Origin: Candidatus Zhuqueibacterota bacterium
Lineage (GTDB): Bacteria > Zhuqueibacterota > Zhuqueibacteria > Residuimicrobiales > Krinioviventaceae
NCBI GenBank assembly: GCA_034521575.1
Contig: JAXHMJ010000002.1
Coordinates: 30,706-94,705, forward strand
Direction of reading: 5' to 3'
Length of the DNA stretch: 64,000 nucleotides
Shown: positions 63,760 to 64,000 of the stretch, piece by piece
Layout: each line of letters opens with the position of its first letter
How positions within the stretch are numbered: the first letter of the stretch is position 1
Position numbers and translations under genes: made by a program
Notes under the pieces: model-generated
The model's input: only the letters and a program-made list of their open reading frames with translations
Database searches by the model: none
Told to the model about the DNA's origin: nothing

Positions 63760-64000
63760 TGAAATCCATTTTTATTCTGTTTTCAATTGTTCTTGCGACA
63801 TCTGTAGTGTCACAAACGCCAGAGGTCGAATATGTTACCGGCAGTACGGTGAAAATCTCACAACTCGTCGGTGAATACGGACCGTATCAATTTGACGAAC
63901 TGGCAACCGGAACCGATTCCACCACCACTCTGTATTACACCCTGTCCACATGGAATCCATATACGGTTATGCTCATGAAATCCACGTTAAAACTTTCAAA
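63760..64000 (+). CDS. 5' part of a secreted protein (GTG start, signal peptide), truncated by the window end
   Basis: GAGGAGAG RBS followed by VKSIFILFSIVLATSVVSQ, a typical signal peptide. Open to the window end. Confidence 0.5.

Noticed and set aside
1-64000. CRISPR arrays, tRNA/rRNA genes, integrases or defence-system genes
   Set aside because: No short regularly spaced repeats, cloverleaf-capable conserved tRNA segments, or recombinase/nuclease/ATPase defence signatures were found anywhere in the window.

Overview
All genes in this 64 kb window lie on the + strand. The host is probably an anaerobic FCB-group bacterium (not Bacteroidia), judged from a T9SS C-terminal sorting domain, GGAGG-type RBSs and about 48% GC. 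There are three blocks. (1) 1-5.5 kb holds housekeeping genes: a sigma-54 activator fragment, sucCD, a NUDIX hydrolase and an ABC-F ATPase. (2) 5.8-20.4 kb holds two paralogous NADH/ferredoxin-type multimeric [FeFe]-hydrogenase operons (HydCBA-like and HndABCD-like). They flank a signalling island: a HydS-like sensory [FeFe]-hydrogenase domain fused directly to a histidine kinase, two stand-alone receiver proteins, a REC-PAS hybrid histidine kinase, and the hydrogenase-associated DRTGG/PHP/HATPase trio. (3) 20.6-64 kb is a large secreted-glycan catabolic region. It holds a LacI regulator, a T9SS-secreted propeller protein, a TonB-dependent receptor, two sulfatases, six BNR/Asp-box (sialidase-like) propeller proteins including a tandem triplicated ~830-aa LamG+propeller gene, a PdxA2/OtnK acid-sugar module with a GntP permease, aldolase/FAH/DHDPS-like enzymes, PhoD, split transketolase, an SSS transporter, a two-domain esterase, and an alternative-oxidase-like di-iron protein. 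The sequence carries many 1-nt indel frameshifts in conserved genes, mostly at homopolymers, so gene models were stitched across frames. No rRNA, tRNA, CRISPR or mobile elements were seen.
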